A stretch of DNA of 64,000 nucleotides from Gemmatimonadota bacterium. Its GTDB lineage: Bacteria; Gemmatimonadota; Gemmatimonadetes; Palauibacterales; Palauibacteraceae. This document shows, piece by piece, positions 48,670 through 58,367 of this stretch. The notes beneath the pieces were generated by a model. The model saw only the letters and a list, made by a program, of their open reading frames with translations. It was not told the DNA's origin and made no database searches. Position numbers and translations under genes: made by a program. Positions within the stretch are counted from its first letter, which is position 1, and the number at the start of each line of letters is the position of its first letter. The DNA lies in NCBI GenBank assembly GCA_965116475.1, contig OZ220691.1:2965484-3029483 (forward strand), written 5' to 3'.

Positions 48670-49587
48670 GTGTCCGACACACCGACCCGCGGCCCACGGC
48701 CGCTTCCGATCATGGACCCCGCGCCCCAGCGTTCCGGGCCGCCGCCAAGGGGGGACGACAGGGACGCGGCGAGACGCCACCCCTCGCAGGCGCCACCCAT
48801 GCCGGGCGTGGGTCGCGTCGTCGCCGTGAGTTCGGGCAAGGGCGGCGTCGGGAAATCCACGATCTCGACGAATCTTGCCTCGACCTGGAGCCGCCAGGGC
48901 CATCGCGTCGGACTGCTCGATGCCGATATCTACGGCCCGGACATCCCGACGATGTTCGGTATCCAGGAGAAGCCCCGGATCGACCGCGAAGAGGTCGTGC
49001 CCCTGGAGGCGCACGGGGTGAAGCTCATGAGCATCGGCTTCCTCATCGAGGAGGACGCGCCGGCGATCTGGCGCGGACCCATCATCATGGGCGTCATCCG
49101 CCAGTTCATCCAGCAGGTCGCCTGGGGCGAACTCGACTACCTCGTGATCGATCTGCCGCCGGGGACGGGCGACGCGCAGTTGTCGCTGTGTCAACTCGTG
49201 CGCGTGGACGGAGCGGTCATGGTGACCACGCCCCAGGACGTGGCGGTCGGTGGCGTGCTGCGCGGGATCCGGATGTTCGAGAAGCTCGAGGTGCCGGTCC
49301 TGGGCATCGTCGAGAACATGCGCGGCTTCGCGTGTCCCGGGTGTGGCGATACGCACGACATCTTCGGCGCGGGCGGCGGAGAGCGGCTCGCCGGCTCGAT
49401 CGACGTGCCCTTCCTGGGCGCCGTGCCGCTCGGCGTGGCGGTTCGCGAGGAGAGCGATCGAGGCGTCCCGACGGCGATCGGAAGACCGGACGCACCGGAA
49501 GCCCGGGCCTTCGCTCGCATCGCGTCCGCGGCCGTCAGCCGACTGGAGGCCGTGGAGGCCTCACGGGAGGAATCAGCGGGCGGCTAG
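48670..49587 (+). CDS. Mrp/ApbC/NBP35 Fe-S carrier ATPase
   Basis: SGKGGVGKST, DADIYGP, IWRGP, DLPPGTGD, VTTPQ, ENM..F.CPGC. Confidence 0.94.
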   Translation: MSDTPTRGPRPLPIMDPAPQRSGPPPRGDDRDAARRHPSQAPPMPGVGRVVAVSSGKGGVGKSTISTNLASTWSRQGHRVGLLDADIYGPDIPTMFGIQEKPRIDREEVVPLEAHGVKLMSIGFLIEEDAPAIWRGPIIMGVIRQFIQQVAWGELDYLVIDLPPGTGDAQLSLCQLVRVDGAVMVTTPQDVAVGGVLRGIRMFEKLEVPVLGIVENMRGFACPGCGDTHDIFGAGGGERLAGSIDVPFLGAVPLGVAVREESDRGVPTAIGRPDAPEARAFARIASAAVSRLEAVEASREESAGG

Positions 49588-49590
49588 CTG

Positions 49591-50514
49591 CTAGTAGCCG
49601 TGCTCCACGGTGACGGAACCGAGTCCGGCGACCAGCGCGACCTCCAGCCGCACGCGTGCCGTCTCCCAATTGGGACTGAGCCAGTAGTCTCCCACCTGCT
49701 CGAAGTTCGCCGCGCTCAGGGAGGCGAGTCCGCTGCGCCGCACCCGGACGCCGACATGCTCAGGAACCCGCATCAGGAGTTCGCCCAGCCCCATCCTGAT
49801 CTCGGCCTCGGCGCTCGATCGCCAGGATCCCGAGAAGTCCAGGACGACGTCGCCCACGAACCCGTAGAACTCCAGGCGCCGGAAGCGGGCGTTGCCGAGA
49901 TTCTCGGCCGCGAAGGCCGCAGCGCCCGACTTGATGGACAGCAACTCCATCGGCGCGCGGTTCTCGCGGGCGAAACCGACCTCCACGTCGCCGGCGCCGG
50001 TGAGGAGTTCAAGCCTGGTTAGGCGGGCGTCGCCGAGGTTGAGACGCGCTCGTCCGGCACCGATCCCCAGGCGCAGATCCGTGGGCACCGAGGGGTTCAG
50101 GGACAGATCCAGCCTCCCGGACGCGTCCGCATCGCGGGGGAGGTCGTCGAGTTCGATCTCCATGTCGCCCCACCGCCCCTGGTCGGCATCGCGCCGGTCC
50201 TCCGGTGACGAGGAAGTAGTGAGCCGCAGGTGCCCCGTTCGACCCGCGCGACGCCATTCGCGATGGGGCAGGGAACGTTCGGCGTCGTAGCGGAGCCGCA
50301 CGTCGTAGAGCAGTTGTGTCTCCGAGGCGGACACGTCGAGCCGCCCGCCTCCGTACATGAGTTCGATTTCCAGCGCTCCCACGTCGCCGACCTGGCGCGC
50401 CGAGCGGAAGTCCCGCCACTCCTGCGCCGCGGCCGGCGCCATCCCCGCGCCGAGCAACAGCGAAACAAGCGCGACCGGCAGCGTCCGCGCGGCAGCTATC
50501 CGGGCATCAGGCAT
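49591..50514 (-). CDS. Secreted beta-solenoid protein (LiaF/DUF2154/adhesin-like)
   Basis: Signal peptide AAA-Q; repeated L.IGAG/L.TGAG/MGLGEL units. Confidence 0.65.
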   Translation of the reverse strand: MPDARIAAARTLPVALVSLLLGAGMAPAAAQEWRDFRSARQVGDVGALEIELMYGGGRLDVSASETQLLYDVRLRYDAERSLPHREWRRAGRTGHLRLTTSSSPEDRRDADQGRWGDMEIELDDLPRDADASGRLDLSLNPSVPTDLRLGIGAGRARLNLGDARLTRLELLTGAGDVEVGFARENRAPMELLSIKSGAAAFAAENLGNARFRRLEFYGFVGDVVLDFSGSWRSSAEAEIRMGLGELLMRVPEHVGVRVRRSGLASLSAANFEQVGDYWLSPNWETARVRLEVALVAGLGSVTVEHGY

Positions 50515-52105
50515 CGTCGGCGGGAGCCGCGGGCGGATCGGGTTCGGCCCCCGGCGACGGGCTCTCGCCGGCGACGTTGTCCGCCGACCAGTCGATCACG
50601 ACGCTGCGTCCGCCGGCCCGCGTGAGCAGGACGCCTCCGAAGCCGGCCGTGACGACGATCCATGTGCCGACGCCGGCCACGAAGAGGATCAGGCCGCGTA
50701 CGAAGTCCGCCGCGCCGCCGAACACCCAGAGGGCGGCGCCCGCGGCGAAGGGGAGCATCAGAAGCGCGAGTCCGCTGACGACGTAGTAGTAGGAGTTCGA
50801 GCGGCGGAGTCGCTCCAGCCATTCGGAGCGGAAGCGGCGTCGGGCGAAGATCTCGCCGCCGGCGTGCGCCGCCGCGAGATACCCAACGACCTGGGCGAAC
50901 GCTACGGCGGGAATGAGGAAGAGTGCGACCGGGATAGTGAGGACCAGCACGGTGAGGACAAGAACCAAGGGAAGGAACAGCACCTCCGCGGCGAGGCCCA
51001 TCGCAAACGAGCGGGCGAACTCCAGCCGCACCGTATCCGAGACGGTCTCCAGTCGGCGGCGCCCGAAATACACGAGCAGCAAGCCAAGTGCGGCGAGAAC
51101 CATGAACGCGCACCCCGCGGCGATTACGCCCTCGGCAGCGCGCCCGAAGTTGCGCAGGAGACGCGACGCCAGACCCGGCTGTGCCGGCCGCATCTGCACC
51201 GGAACGTCGAACGACTCGACCCGCCGAACGGAGGGAGCTTCCGTCGCCGCGCGCGTGGGAGAGGCCGGAGCCAGCCGAATGTCGGAGAGGATCTCCCCTT
51301 CGACCCGCGACGCTTCTTCGCCGACGTCGACCTCGCCTCCCACCTGAAGCACATCGCCTCGCACCCGCGCGCCGCCGCCCAGCACCAGCGCGCCATCCAG
51401 CACGAGGACATCGCCCTCGACGCTGCCCGCGAGGCTCAGCGTGCCGTCGAGAATGGCGACATCTCCCGGGACCGTTGCCTCGGCGAGAACCTCGTAGTCG
51501 CCGTGGACGATCATGGCCAGCCGGTCCTCGATGAGTTCGCCCGAGTCGCCGAGCCGGCCGAGCGCGTCGCGCAGGCGATCCAGTTCGCTGGTGACGTCGA
51601 AGCCAAGTCCGCCGGGGACGATCTGCATGGGTCCGGGCTGCCCGGGGATCCCCGGCGCCGTTTCGCCCGCGGGGAGGGCGGGCGCCGCTCCGGCCGCCGC
51701 CGGCACGGCGAGCCCGAGAATCGCGTCGAGCCGACCGGCAAGCGCCCGGGCCGCATCCCGGTCGACAGCCTCCTCCGACGCACCCCACTCCTCCAGGGCC
51801 TGCCGGAATTCGATGAGGCCGCTTCGCACCGCGGAAGCATCCTCCCCGGCGTGTTCGCGAAGGAAATCGCGCCAGGCGCTCTCCAGGTCTCCGCGCGCCG
51901 CGAAGGATCCGATCCCGATTCCGTCCACTTCGACGGTCTCGCCCTCGAAACGAAGTCGATGCTCGGTCCCGCCCTCGAGTTCGAACCACAACTCCGCCCG
52001 TCCGCCGGCCGAGAGCGTGATCGCGGCGTCGGCGATGCCGATCTCCTGCGCGTCGACGGGAGGCGTGACCGCGAGACAGGCCAGGAACGCCAGCGCCCGC
52101 CTCAT
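50507..52105 (-). CDS. Membrane protein with bactofilin-like beta-helix and C-terminal multi-TM domain
   Basis: Signal peptide VDA-Q; VPGDVAILDG..VEGDVLVLDG..VRGDVLQVGG repeats; several C-terminal TM helices. Confidence 0.7.
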   Translation of the reverse strand: MRRALAFLACLAVTPPVDAQEIGIADAAITLSAGGRAELWFELEGGTEHRLRFEGETVEVDGIGIGSFAARGDLESAWRDFLREHAGEDASAVRSGLIEFRQALEEWGASEEAVDRDAARALAGRLDAILGLAVPAAAGAAPALPAGETAPGIPGQPGPMQIVPGGLGFDVTSELDRLRDALGRLGDSGELIEDRLAMIVHGDYEVLAEATVPGDVAILDGTLSLAGSVEGDVLVLDGALVLGGGARVRGDVLQVGGEVDVGEEASRVEGEILSDIRLAPASPTRAATEAPSVRRVESFDVPVQMRPAQPGLASRLLRNFGRAAEGVIAAGCAFMVLAALGLLLVYFGRRRLETVSDTVRLEFARSFAMGLAAEVLFLPLVLVLTVLVLTIPVALFLIPAVAFAQVVGYLAAAHAGGEIFARRRFRSEWLERLRRSNSYYYVVSGLALLMLPFAAGAALWVFGGAADFVRGLILFVAGVGTWIVVTAGFGGVLLTRAGGRSVVIDWSADNVAGESPSPGAEPDPPAAPADDA

Positions 52106-52893
52106 GCGGCCCTCTCGATGCGAACGCGCTGTGGGAGCGGCTGCCGGAACAGCCTGGCCATGAACCAGAGAGAGGCGAGTCCGACAAGACTGGACAGCGC
52201 CAGGCTGCCGAGCGCGGCGGCGGGGCTGATCCGCTCGACGATCGACCCGCCCGCGTCCACCAGTCCGAGACGGTACGCCAAGCGGCCGGCCGCGAGCATG
52301 GTGTCGACAAGAACGGTTCGTGCGCCGCTGAAGGCGACGGTGAGGAGCTGCCCGGGCGCCACGCCCTGAGCGCCGAACAGCCAGGCCGCGGCGCCTCCCG
52401 ACACGGTCAGCATGGCCGCGCCCGCCGTGGCCAGCGCCGCCCGGCGCCGCCGCGCGAAGCGCAGGAGGCGTTCGGGCCACGGGACCGGCAATCGCACGCG
52501 GGCCATCACCGCCGAGGCGAACGCCGGGGCGGGAGACCAGGTGCGGAGCCTCGAGAGCGCGCGGTCGAGCGCCGGATGAGGCAGGTCGACCCGCGCCAGG
52601 ACGTCGCTTGCGAAGGAAGGCGCGGGGGACCACCCGGGCAGCTCCGCCAACCGTTGATCGAGCGCGGCGCCTGCGACGTCGACCCGCCGTGCGACGCCCG
52701 CCGCAAACCCGTCGGACGGCCGATGCGGGGCCAGGCCCTCGAGAAACGCGACGACGTCGCGCAGCGCCTCCACTTCCTTCCGGCAACGGGCGCACGCGGC
52801 CAGGTGGTCGGCTGTCGTCCCGCGCGCGGGCGACGCCGACCTCCGGCTGGCGAATCGCTCGATTTCCTCAGGCGTAAGATGCGGCAAGTTCAC
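52102..52893 (-). CDS. zf-HC2 (ZAS) anti-sigma factor
   Basis: HLT..., HLAACARC (HxxxCxxC), C-terminal TM helices; directly downstream of the ECF sigma. Confidence 0.85.
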   Translation of the reverse strand: MNLPHLTPEEIERFASRRSASPARGTTADHLAACARCRKEVEALRDVVAFLEGLAPHRPSDGFAAGVARRVDVAGAALDQRLAELPGWSPAPSFASDVLARVDLPHPALDRALSRLRTWSPAPAFASAVMARVRLPVPWPERLLRFARRRRAALATAGAAMLTVSGGAAAWLFGAQGVAPGQLLTVAFSGARTVLVDTMLAAGRLAYRLGLVDAGGSIVERISPAAALGSLALSSLVGLASLWFMARLFRQPLPQRVRIERAA

Positions 52894-52946
52894 TCCTGTT
52901 CTCCCTGGAGGCGCCGGCAACCCTCGGCAAATGCGGCCGCGGGCTG

Positions 52947-53540
52947 CTACGGCTCCGTCAGATGTACGAGAGCGGCCTTCAATTCGTTTCTCGCCCGGTG
53001 GATGTAGGTCTTCACCGTCCCGAGCGGGATCTCCATCACCTGCGCGATCTCGTCGTACGCGTACCCCTCGATGTGCCGCAGAAGGATCGCGGTTCGGTAT
53101 TCGGGTCGGAGTTGTCCGATGGCCGCTTCGATCTCGGATCCGAGTTCGCGGGCCTCGAGGAGTTCATCGGGTCGTTCGTCACCGGAGACCAGCGTGATTT
53201 CCGTCGCGGCCTGGCGGTCCGGGGTCACGGCGTCCGGCGCCCCGTGCATGGAAACGACATCGAGTTCCTTCTTGCGCAGGTGATCTATCGTCAGGTTGTA
53301 GCCGATCTTGAAGAGCCAGGAGGAAAATTTGTAGGAGGGATCGTACCGGCGGAGATTGTTCAGCGTGCGGACGAACGTTTCCTGGGCGAGGTCCTCCGCG
53401 AGTTCACGATCCCGCACCATCCGGAAGATGAGAGAGAAGACCGGACGCTCGAACCGGAGCACGATCTCGCGTGCGGCCCGTTCGTCGCCGTGGAGGCACA
53501 TCTCCACCAGCGTCTGCTCGCTGTGATCCGAGTAGCTCAC
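52947..53540 (-). CDS. ECF RNA polymerase sigma factor (SigW/RpoE-like)
   Basis: AEDLAQETF, FSSWLFKIGYNLTIDHLRK, YDEIAQVMEIPLGTVKTYIHRAR. Confidence 0.95.
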   Translation of the reverse strand: MSYSDHSEQTLVEMCLHGDERAAREIVLRFERPVFSLIFRMVRDRELAEDLAQETFVRTLNNLRRYDPSYKFSSWLFKIGYNLTIDHLRKKELDVVSMHGAPDAVTPDRQAATEITLVSGDERPDELLEARELGSEIEAAIGQLRPEYRTAILLRHIEGYAYDEIAQVMEIPLGTVKTYIHRARNELKAALVHLTEP

Positions 53541-53593
53541 TCGATCCTGCCCCTCCGGGTGGCGACGGCGGGCCGGCGGCGGCCGGGTCGCCA

Positions 53594-53618
53594 TGACCGA
53601 CGCTGCACGCCGGGTTCC
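53594..53618 (-). promoter_or_regulatory. Possible autoregulatory ECF promoter
   Basis: Minus strand GGAAC-N16-GTCA about 55 bp upstream of the sigma start. Confidence 0.35.
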
Positions 53619-53703
53619 GGCCCACCCTACACGGCTCCGCGACCAATATGCGCGCCGAAGGCCGTCATCGGCATGCGCCGGCCCTGCTCCGGAGCGAACG
53701 ACG

Positions 53704-54579
53704 CTAGCTCTGGCAGTCGGCACAGAAGAACGAACTCCGTCCGGCCTGCACGATCCGGCGGATTGGTCGGGCGCAGGCGGGGCAGGCGACTCCTTCGCGC
53801 TGGTAGACGTGCAGCCGCGTCTGAAAGGAGCCCGAACGGCCGTTGACGGCCCGATAGTCCCGCAGCGTTGTTCCCGCGCTCCGGAGCGCCTCGCGCAGGA
53901 CCGCCCGCACCGCCCGATGCAGTCGGCGCACCTCCGCCGCGCCGAGCGAACCGGCCGGCCGGCGCGGGTCGATCCTCGCGCGGTACAACGCCTCGCTCGC
54001 GTAGATGTTCCCCACACCCGCGACGCGCCGCTGGTCCAGCAGGGCGTTCTTGATCGGCGCCCGCAGCGGCGCGACGATGCGAGCCAGACGGGCGGCGGTG
54101 AACGTTCGGCCGAGGGGCTCCGGTCCGAGCGCGGCCTCCCGGGTCTTCCACGCCTCGGGCGTCAGCAGGTCGAAGCCGCCGAGGCGGCGGACATCGTCGT
54201 AGAAGAGCGTCCGGCCATCGTCGAGTTCGAAGTCGAGACCCGGATGCCTGAACTCCGCCGACTGCGGGCGTTGCGGGGCGAGCGCGAACCGGCCCGTCAT
54301 GCGGACCTGCACGCGCATCAACAGCTCTACAGGGGCGTCGCTGGGGACGTCGCTCGGAGCGTCGATGCCGTCCGCCGCGTGGAGCGGGAAGAGCAGGTAC
54401 TTGGCGCGGCGGTCCGCGTCTCCGAAGGTGCGCCCGAGCACGGCGCGGGAAAACGACCGCGCCGAAAGCCCTCCGAGGATCAGGTCGTCGTGATGGACGC
54501 GGGTGCGGCGGATCCGTCGGCCCCGGAGGAGCGGGGCGAGGTCCCGCCGCATCGTCTCGACCTCCGGAAGCTCCGGCAC
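53704..54579 (-). CDS. mutM: Formamidopyrimidine-DNA glycosylase
   Basis: (M)PELPEVE, RRAKYL, LLDQ..VAGVGNIYASE, C-terminal CxxC...CxxCQ zinc finger. Confidence 0.95.
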   Translation of the reverse strand: MPELPEVETMRRDLAPLLRGRRIRRTRVHHDDLILGGLSARSFSRAVLGRTFGDADRRAKYLLFPLHAADGIDAPSDVPSDAPVELLMRVQVRMTGRFALAPQRPQSAEFRHPGLDFELDDGRTLFYDDVRRLGGFDLLTPEAWKTREAALGPEPLGRTFTAARLARIVAPLRAPIKNALLDQRRVAGVGNIYASEALYRARIDPRRPAGSLGAAEVRRLHRAVRAVLREALRSAGTTLRDYRAVNGRSGSFQTRLHVYQREGVACPACARPIRRIVQAGRSSFFCADCQS

Positions 54580-54580
54580 G

Positions 54581-55909
54581 TCAACCCTGGCGTCGTGTCC
54601 CTGAGGGGTGGATGCGCGCCGACTCGTCCGGTGCGAGGCGGCCGGGATCGAGTTCGTGCCAGCCGATGTCGGATCGGGAATGAGCGCCATCGAATCGAAT
54701 CCGGGCCGCGGCTTCACGGCTTCGCCGTGCGGCCTCCTCGAGCGTCCCGCCGAACCCCGTGATGCCGAGTACACGCCCTCCCGCCGTGACCAGCCGCCCC
54801 TGCTCCATCGCGGTCCCGGCGTGAAACACCCTCACCTCGGCGGGGTCGAAGGCGGGAATCTCGATCCGCCGCCCCGAATCCGAGCTCTCGGGATACCCCG
54901 CGCTCGCCATCACCGTGACGAGCGCGTGTCCGGGAGCCGCTGCGGGGCGCCAGCCGGCGAGCGAGTCGCCGTGCGCGACCCGCAGCATCGGTTCGAGCAG
55001 GTTCGAACTCGTGAGCGGGAGTACGACCTGCGTCTCCGGATCTCCCATCCGACAGTTGAACTCGACGACGCGCGGCCCCGTGGCGGTCAGCATGAGCCCC
55101 GCGTACAGGAAGCCTCGGTAGGGGGCGCCGGACTCCGCCATCGCGTCGAGCACGGGTTGCGCAATGTCGCGCCGCACTTCGTCGATGAAGTCCGGGTCCG
55201 CCGGCGCCGCCGGAGAGTAGGCCCCCATGCCGCCGGTGTTCAGGCCGCGGTCTCGTTCCCCGACCCGCTTGTAATCCCGGGATGTGAGCAGCGGGACGGC
55301 GCGTTCCCCGTCCGCCAGGAAAAACACGGACAGCTCCACGCCGCGCATGAACTCCTCGATCACGACCCGGCCGCCCGCGTCCCCGAACTTTCGGTCGACC
55401 ATCATCTCCTCGACCGCCGTGCGGGCTTCGCCCCGCGTTCGGCAGACGATGGCGCCCTTGCCGGCCGCCAGACCGGAGGCCTTTACGACGAGGGGTTCCT
55501 CGTGGCCCGCGACATAATCCAGCGCCGCCGCGGCGTCGTCGAAGGTCTCGTGATCCGCCGTCGGAACGCCGCAGTCGCGCAGCAGGCGTTTCGCGAACGC
55601 CTTGGAAGCCTCGAGGCGGGCTCCCGCCCGGTCGGGCCCGAAGACGGGCAGCCCGGCCTCGGCGAAGCGGTCGGCGATGCCCGCCGCGAGCGGCGCTTCG
55701 GGGCCAACGACGGTGAGGTCGATGCGCCGCGCCGCCGCGAAGTCGAGCAGGCCTGGGATATCCCCGGCCTGGATATCGACGAGTTCCGCCGTGCCGAGCA
55801 TGCCCGGGTTCCCCGGGGCCGCGTAGATGGTGGCATCCGGCGCGTCGCGGCGGAGGCAGTCCGCGAAGGCGTGCTCCCGGCCGCCGCTTCCGATGATGAG
55901 GAGGTTCAC
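54581..55909 (-). CDS. purD: Phosphoribosylamine-glycine ligase
   Basis: IGSGGREHA, VGPEAPL, LEASKAFAK, KASGLAAGKG, NTGGMGAY, EFNCRMGDPE. Confidence 0.97.
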   Translation of the reverse strand: MNLLIIGSGGREHAFADCLRRDAPDATIYAAPGNPGMLGTAELVDIQAGDIPGLLDFAAARRIDLTVVGPEAPLAAGIADRFAEAGLPVFGPDRAGARLEASKAFAKRLLRDCGVPTADHETFDDAAAALDYVAGHEEPLVVKASGLAAGKGAIVCRTRGEARTAVEEMMVDRKFGDAGGRVVIEEFMRGVELSVFFLADGERAVPLLTSRDYKRVGERDRGLNTGGMGAYSPAAPADPDFIDEVRRDIAQPVLDAMAESGAPYRGFLYAGLMLTATGPRVVEFNCRMGDPETQVVLPLTSSNLLEPMLRVAHGDSLAGWRPAAAPGHALVTVMASAGYPESSDSGRRIEIPAFDPAEVRVFHAGTAMEQGRLVTAGGRVLGITGFGGTLEEAARRSREAAARIRFDGAHSRSDIGWHELDPGRLAPDESARIHPSGTRRQG

Positions 55910-55911
55910 AG

Positions 55912-56901
55912 CTAGTCGTCCGCGCGTCCCCGGAAGGCGCCGGTCAGCCGGTCCCGCAATCGATCCACCGCGGCATCGACCTCGTCGAAGAGTTCGCGCG
56001 CGCCGTCCTGATAGCCCTTCGCCGCCTCGCGAAGATCCTCGCGGTACGGACGGTCGTCCTTCTCATCCCGGTGCTGGTACTCGCCCGCCAGGATGCGGTC
56101 GTACTCGCCGCTCTCGATCCAGTCGCGCAGTTCGGCCACGCGGATGACGGCGAACGGGTGGGTCTGGCCGAGCACGTTGAGCACCTTGTAGACGGCGTCG
56201 AGGAGGTCGCCGCCCGCCCTGTATTCGTCGGACTGCGCGATGAACTCGTCGAGGTCGAGAGAGACGCCCCGCCCACCGCCCGCGAGCTGCATCAGCGCGG
56301 ACATCGCGACCTGCGGATTCTGCACCGCGAGGAGCCCGGCGCGGTCCGATGAGAGTTCGCTCTTCCGGTACCACTCCATGAGGCCCATGTAGATCGGCAG
56401 AAGCGCAAGGCCGGCGAACGTATAGCGGAGAGCGACCAGGTTGAGAACCAGGATCAGCATGGTCCGGTAGAGCACGTGCCCGGATACGATGTGTCCGACT
56501 TCGTGGCCGAGGACAGCCTCGACCTCGTCCTCCGACAGGATCTCGAGCATCGAGGAGTTGAGGACGATGAACGGCTCGCCGAACCCCACCGCTCCCGCGT
56601 TCACCAGGTGCGTCTGCGAGATGTAGCATTCCGGCGGCTTCTCCACGTCGAGTACCTCGCACACACGCGCCAGGCGCGCGTGAACCCATGCGTATTGCCG
56701 CTCGGACGTACGCACGGCGTTGGCCTTGAAGGCGAGCCGGATCGCGCGCTCGCCGAACAGAGCGAAGATCTTGCGCAAAAGGAGATCGAACCCCGGGATC
56801 TTGCGCAGCGTATTCAGCGCCGCCCGGTCCGCCGGGTGTTCCCACGAGATCGCGGCGATCTGCGTGAGGATCCGCCTCTGGTGTTCGTCGCCTGCCGCCA
56901 T
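55912..56901 (-). CDS. M48 family Zn metallopeptidase
   Basis: WEHPAD, HEVGH, ELSSDRAG, THP. Confidence 0.9.
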   Translation of the reverse strand: MAAGDEHQRRILTQIAAISWEHPADRAALNTLRKIPGFDLLLRKIFALFGERAIRLAFKANAVRTSERQYAWVHARLARVCEVLDVEKPPECYISQTHLVNAGAVGFGEPFIVLNSSMLEILSEDEVEAVLGHEVGHIVSGHVLYRTMLILVLNLVALRYTFAGLALLPIYMGLMEWYRKSELSSDRAGLLAVQNPQVAMSALMQLAGGGRGVSLDLDEFIAQSDEYRAGGDLLDAVYKVLNVLGQTHPFAVIRVAELRDWIESGEYDRILAGEYQHRDEKDDRPYREDLREAAKGYQDGARELFDEVDAAVDRLRDRLTGAFRGRADD

Positions 56902-57033
56902 CTATCACCCCCCTTGCGCGTCAATCGCGCTCGTGTGAGCCGGCCGATTCGCGGGGCCGGCTTCCGCGCTCCCGGCTCTACGTCCGGCCCCGATCCCCTG
57001 TTTCAACCGTCCGGACGGCCGCACCCCCGCCGC

Positions 57034-58194
57034 TCAGAGACGGGAAAGAGCCCGCTCGATGTCCTCCGAGAGATCGTCGCCATCCTCCACGCCCACCGAC
57101 AGTCGTACGAGTCCCGGTCCCAGTCCGATCTCCCGCTTCTTTTCGTCGGGTACCGAAGCGTGGGTCATCGAAGAGGGAACGCATACCAGGCTTTCGACCC
57201 CGCCGAGACTCTCGGCCAGCTGGAACACCCGTGTGAGTCCGGCGAAGCGGTTGGCCCGTTCCTCCGTACCCAGATCGAAGCTCACCATGGAGCCGAAGTC
57301 GCGCATCTGGCGCTTGGCCAGTGCATGTTGCGGATGGCTCCGGAGGCCGGGATAGCGAACGGATTCGACTTCATCGTGGCCCCGCAGCACGTCGACGACC
57401 TGCCGCGCGTTCCGGCAGTGGGCCGGCATGCGCAGATGCAGCGTCTTCGTGCCTCGGAGGACGAGCCAGCAGTCGAAGGGACCCGGCACGGCCCCGCTCG
57501 TCTTCTGCTGAAAGTGGAACCCTTCGGCGAGTTCGCCGGAACTCGTGAGCAGGGCGCCGCCGATCATGTCGCTGTGGCCGTTGAGGAACTTCGTCGTCGA
57601 GTGCATTACGACATCCGCGCCATCGTCGAGCGGGCGCTGGAGGAAAGGCGTCGCGAACGTGTTGTCGACGGACAATACGGCTCCCGCATCGTGCGCGATC
57701 GCGGCGCAGGCCGCGATATCCGTGATCGTCATCGTCGGGTTGCTCGGCGTTTCGACGTGGATGAGGCGCGTCTCCGGGCGGATCGCGGCGCGAACCTGAT
57801 CGAGATCTCCCGTGTTCACGAAATCGAAGCCGACCCCGAAACGCTCCCACACGTGGCGCAGCATGCGGTCGACGCCCCCGTAGACGTCCGCGCCGCAGAT
57901 GAGGTGGTCGCCCGCGTTGAGCACCGTCTTGACGATCGCCTCCGTCGCGGCGAGACCCGAAGAGAACGCCGCACCGTGCCGCCCGTTCTCGAGCGCGGCG
58001 AGGTTTTCCTGGAGAGCTTCGCGCGTGGGGTTCCTGACCCGCGCGTAGTCGTAGCCTTCGCGCGGCGCGCCGACGGCGTCCTGAACGTAGGTCGATGTCT
58101 GGAAGATCGGCGTCATGATCGCCCCGGTCACGGGATCGGGGCGCTGCCCGGCGTGGATGGCCCGGGTTCCGAACCGTTGGGCGGCTGGGTCCAC
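57034..58194 (-). CDS. Cystathionine gamma-synthase/lyase (PLP trans-sulfuration family)
   Basis: TRAIHAGQ, PIFQTSTY, ETPSNP, DNTFATP, HSTTKFLNGHSD, LAESLGGVESL. Confidence 0.93.
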   Translation of the reverse strand: MDPAAQRFGTRAIHAGQRPDPVTGAIMTPIFQTSTYVQDAVGAPREGYDYARVRNPTREALQENLAALENGRHGAAFSSGLAATEAIVKTVLNAGDHLICGADVYGGVDRMLRHVWERFGVGFDFVNTGDLDQVRAAIRPETRLIHVETPSNPTMTITDIAACAAIAHDAGAVLSVDNTFATPFLQRPLDDGADVVMHSTTKFLNGHSDMIGGALLTSSGELAEGFHFQQKTSGAVPGPFDCWLVLRGTKTLHLRMPAHCRNARQVVDVLRGHDEVESVRYPGLRSHPQHALAKRQMRDFGSMVSFDLGTEERANRFAGLTRVFQLAESLGGVESLVCVPSSMTHASVPDEKKREIGLGPGLVRLSVGVEDGDDLSEDIERALSRL

Positions 58195-58367
58195 GTCTTC
58201 ATCTCCGGCTCGGGTAGAGGCAGACGACGCGTGACACGACGCATCGCGGGTCGAGTCCGCAAGGTATTCCCGCCGTGCGGGGAGGGCGACCGGAGCCGTC
58301 GCCGCAAGCCGCGCGGACGACCAACCCTTAAGATCCCGCGTCCATCTCACCGTCGGTGGAGAACAGC

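Noticed and set aside
58195-58367. SAM riboswitch before the trans-sulfuration gene, or glmS ribozyme
   Set aside because: No consensus recognised; glmS follows glmM by only 8 bp.
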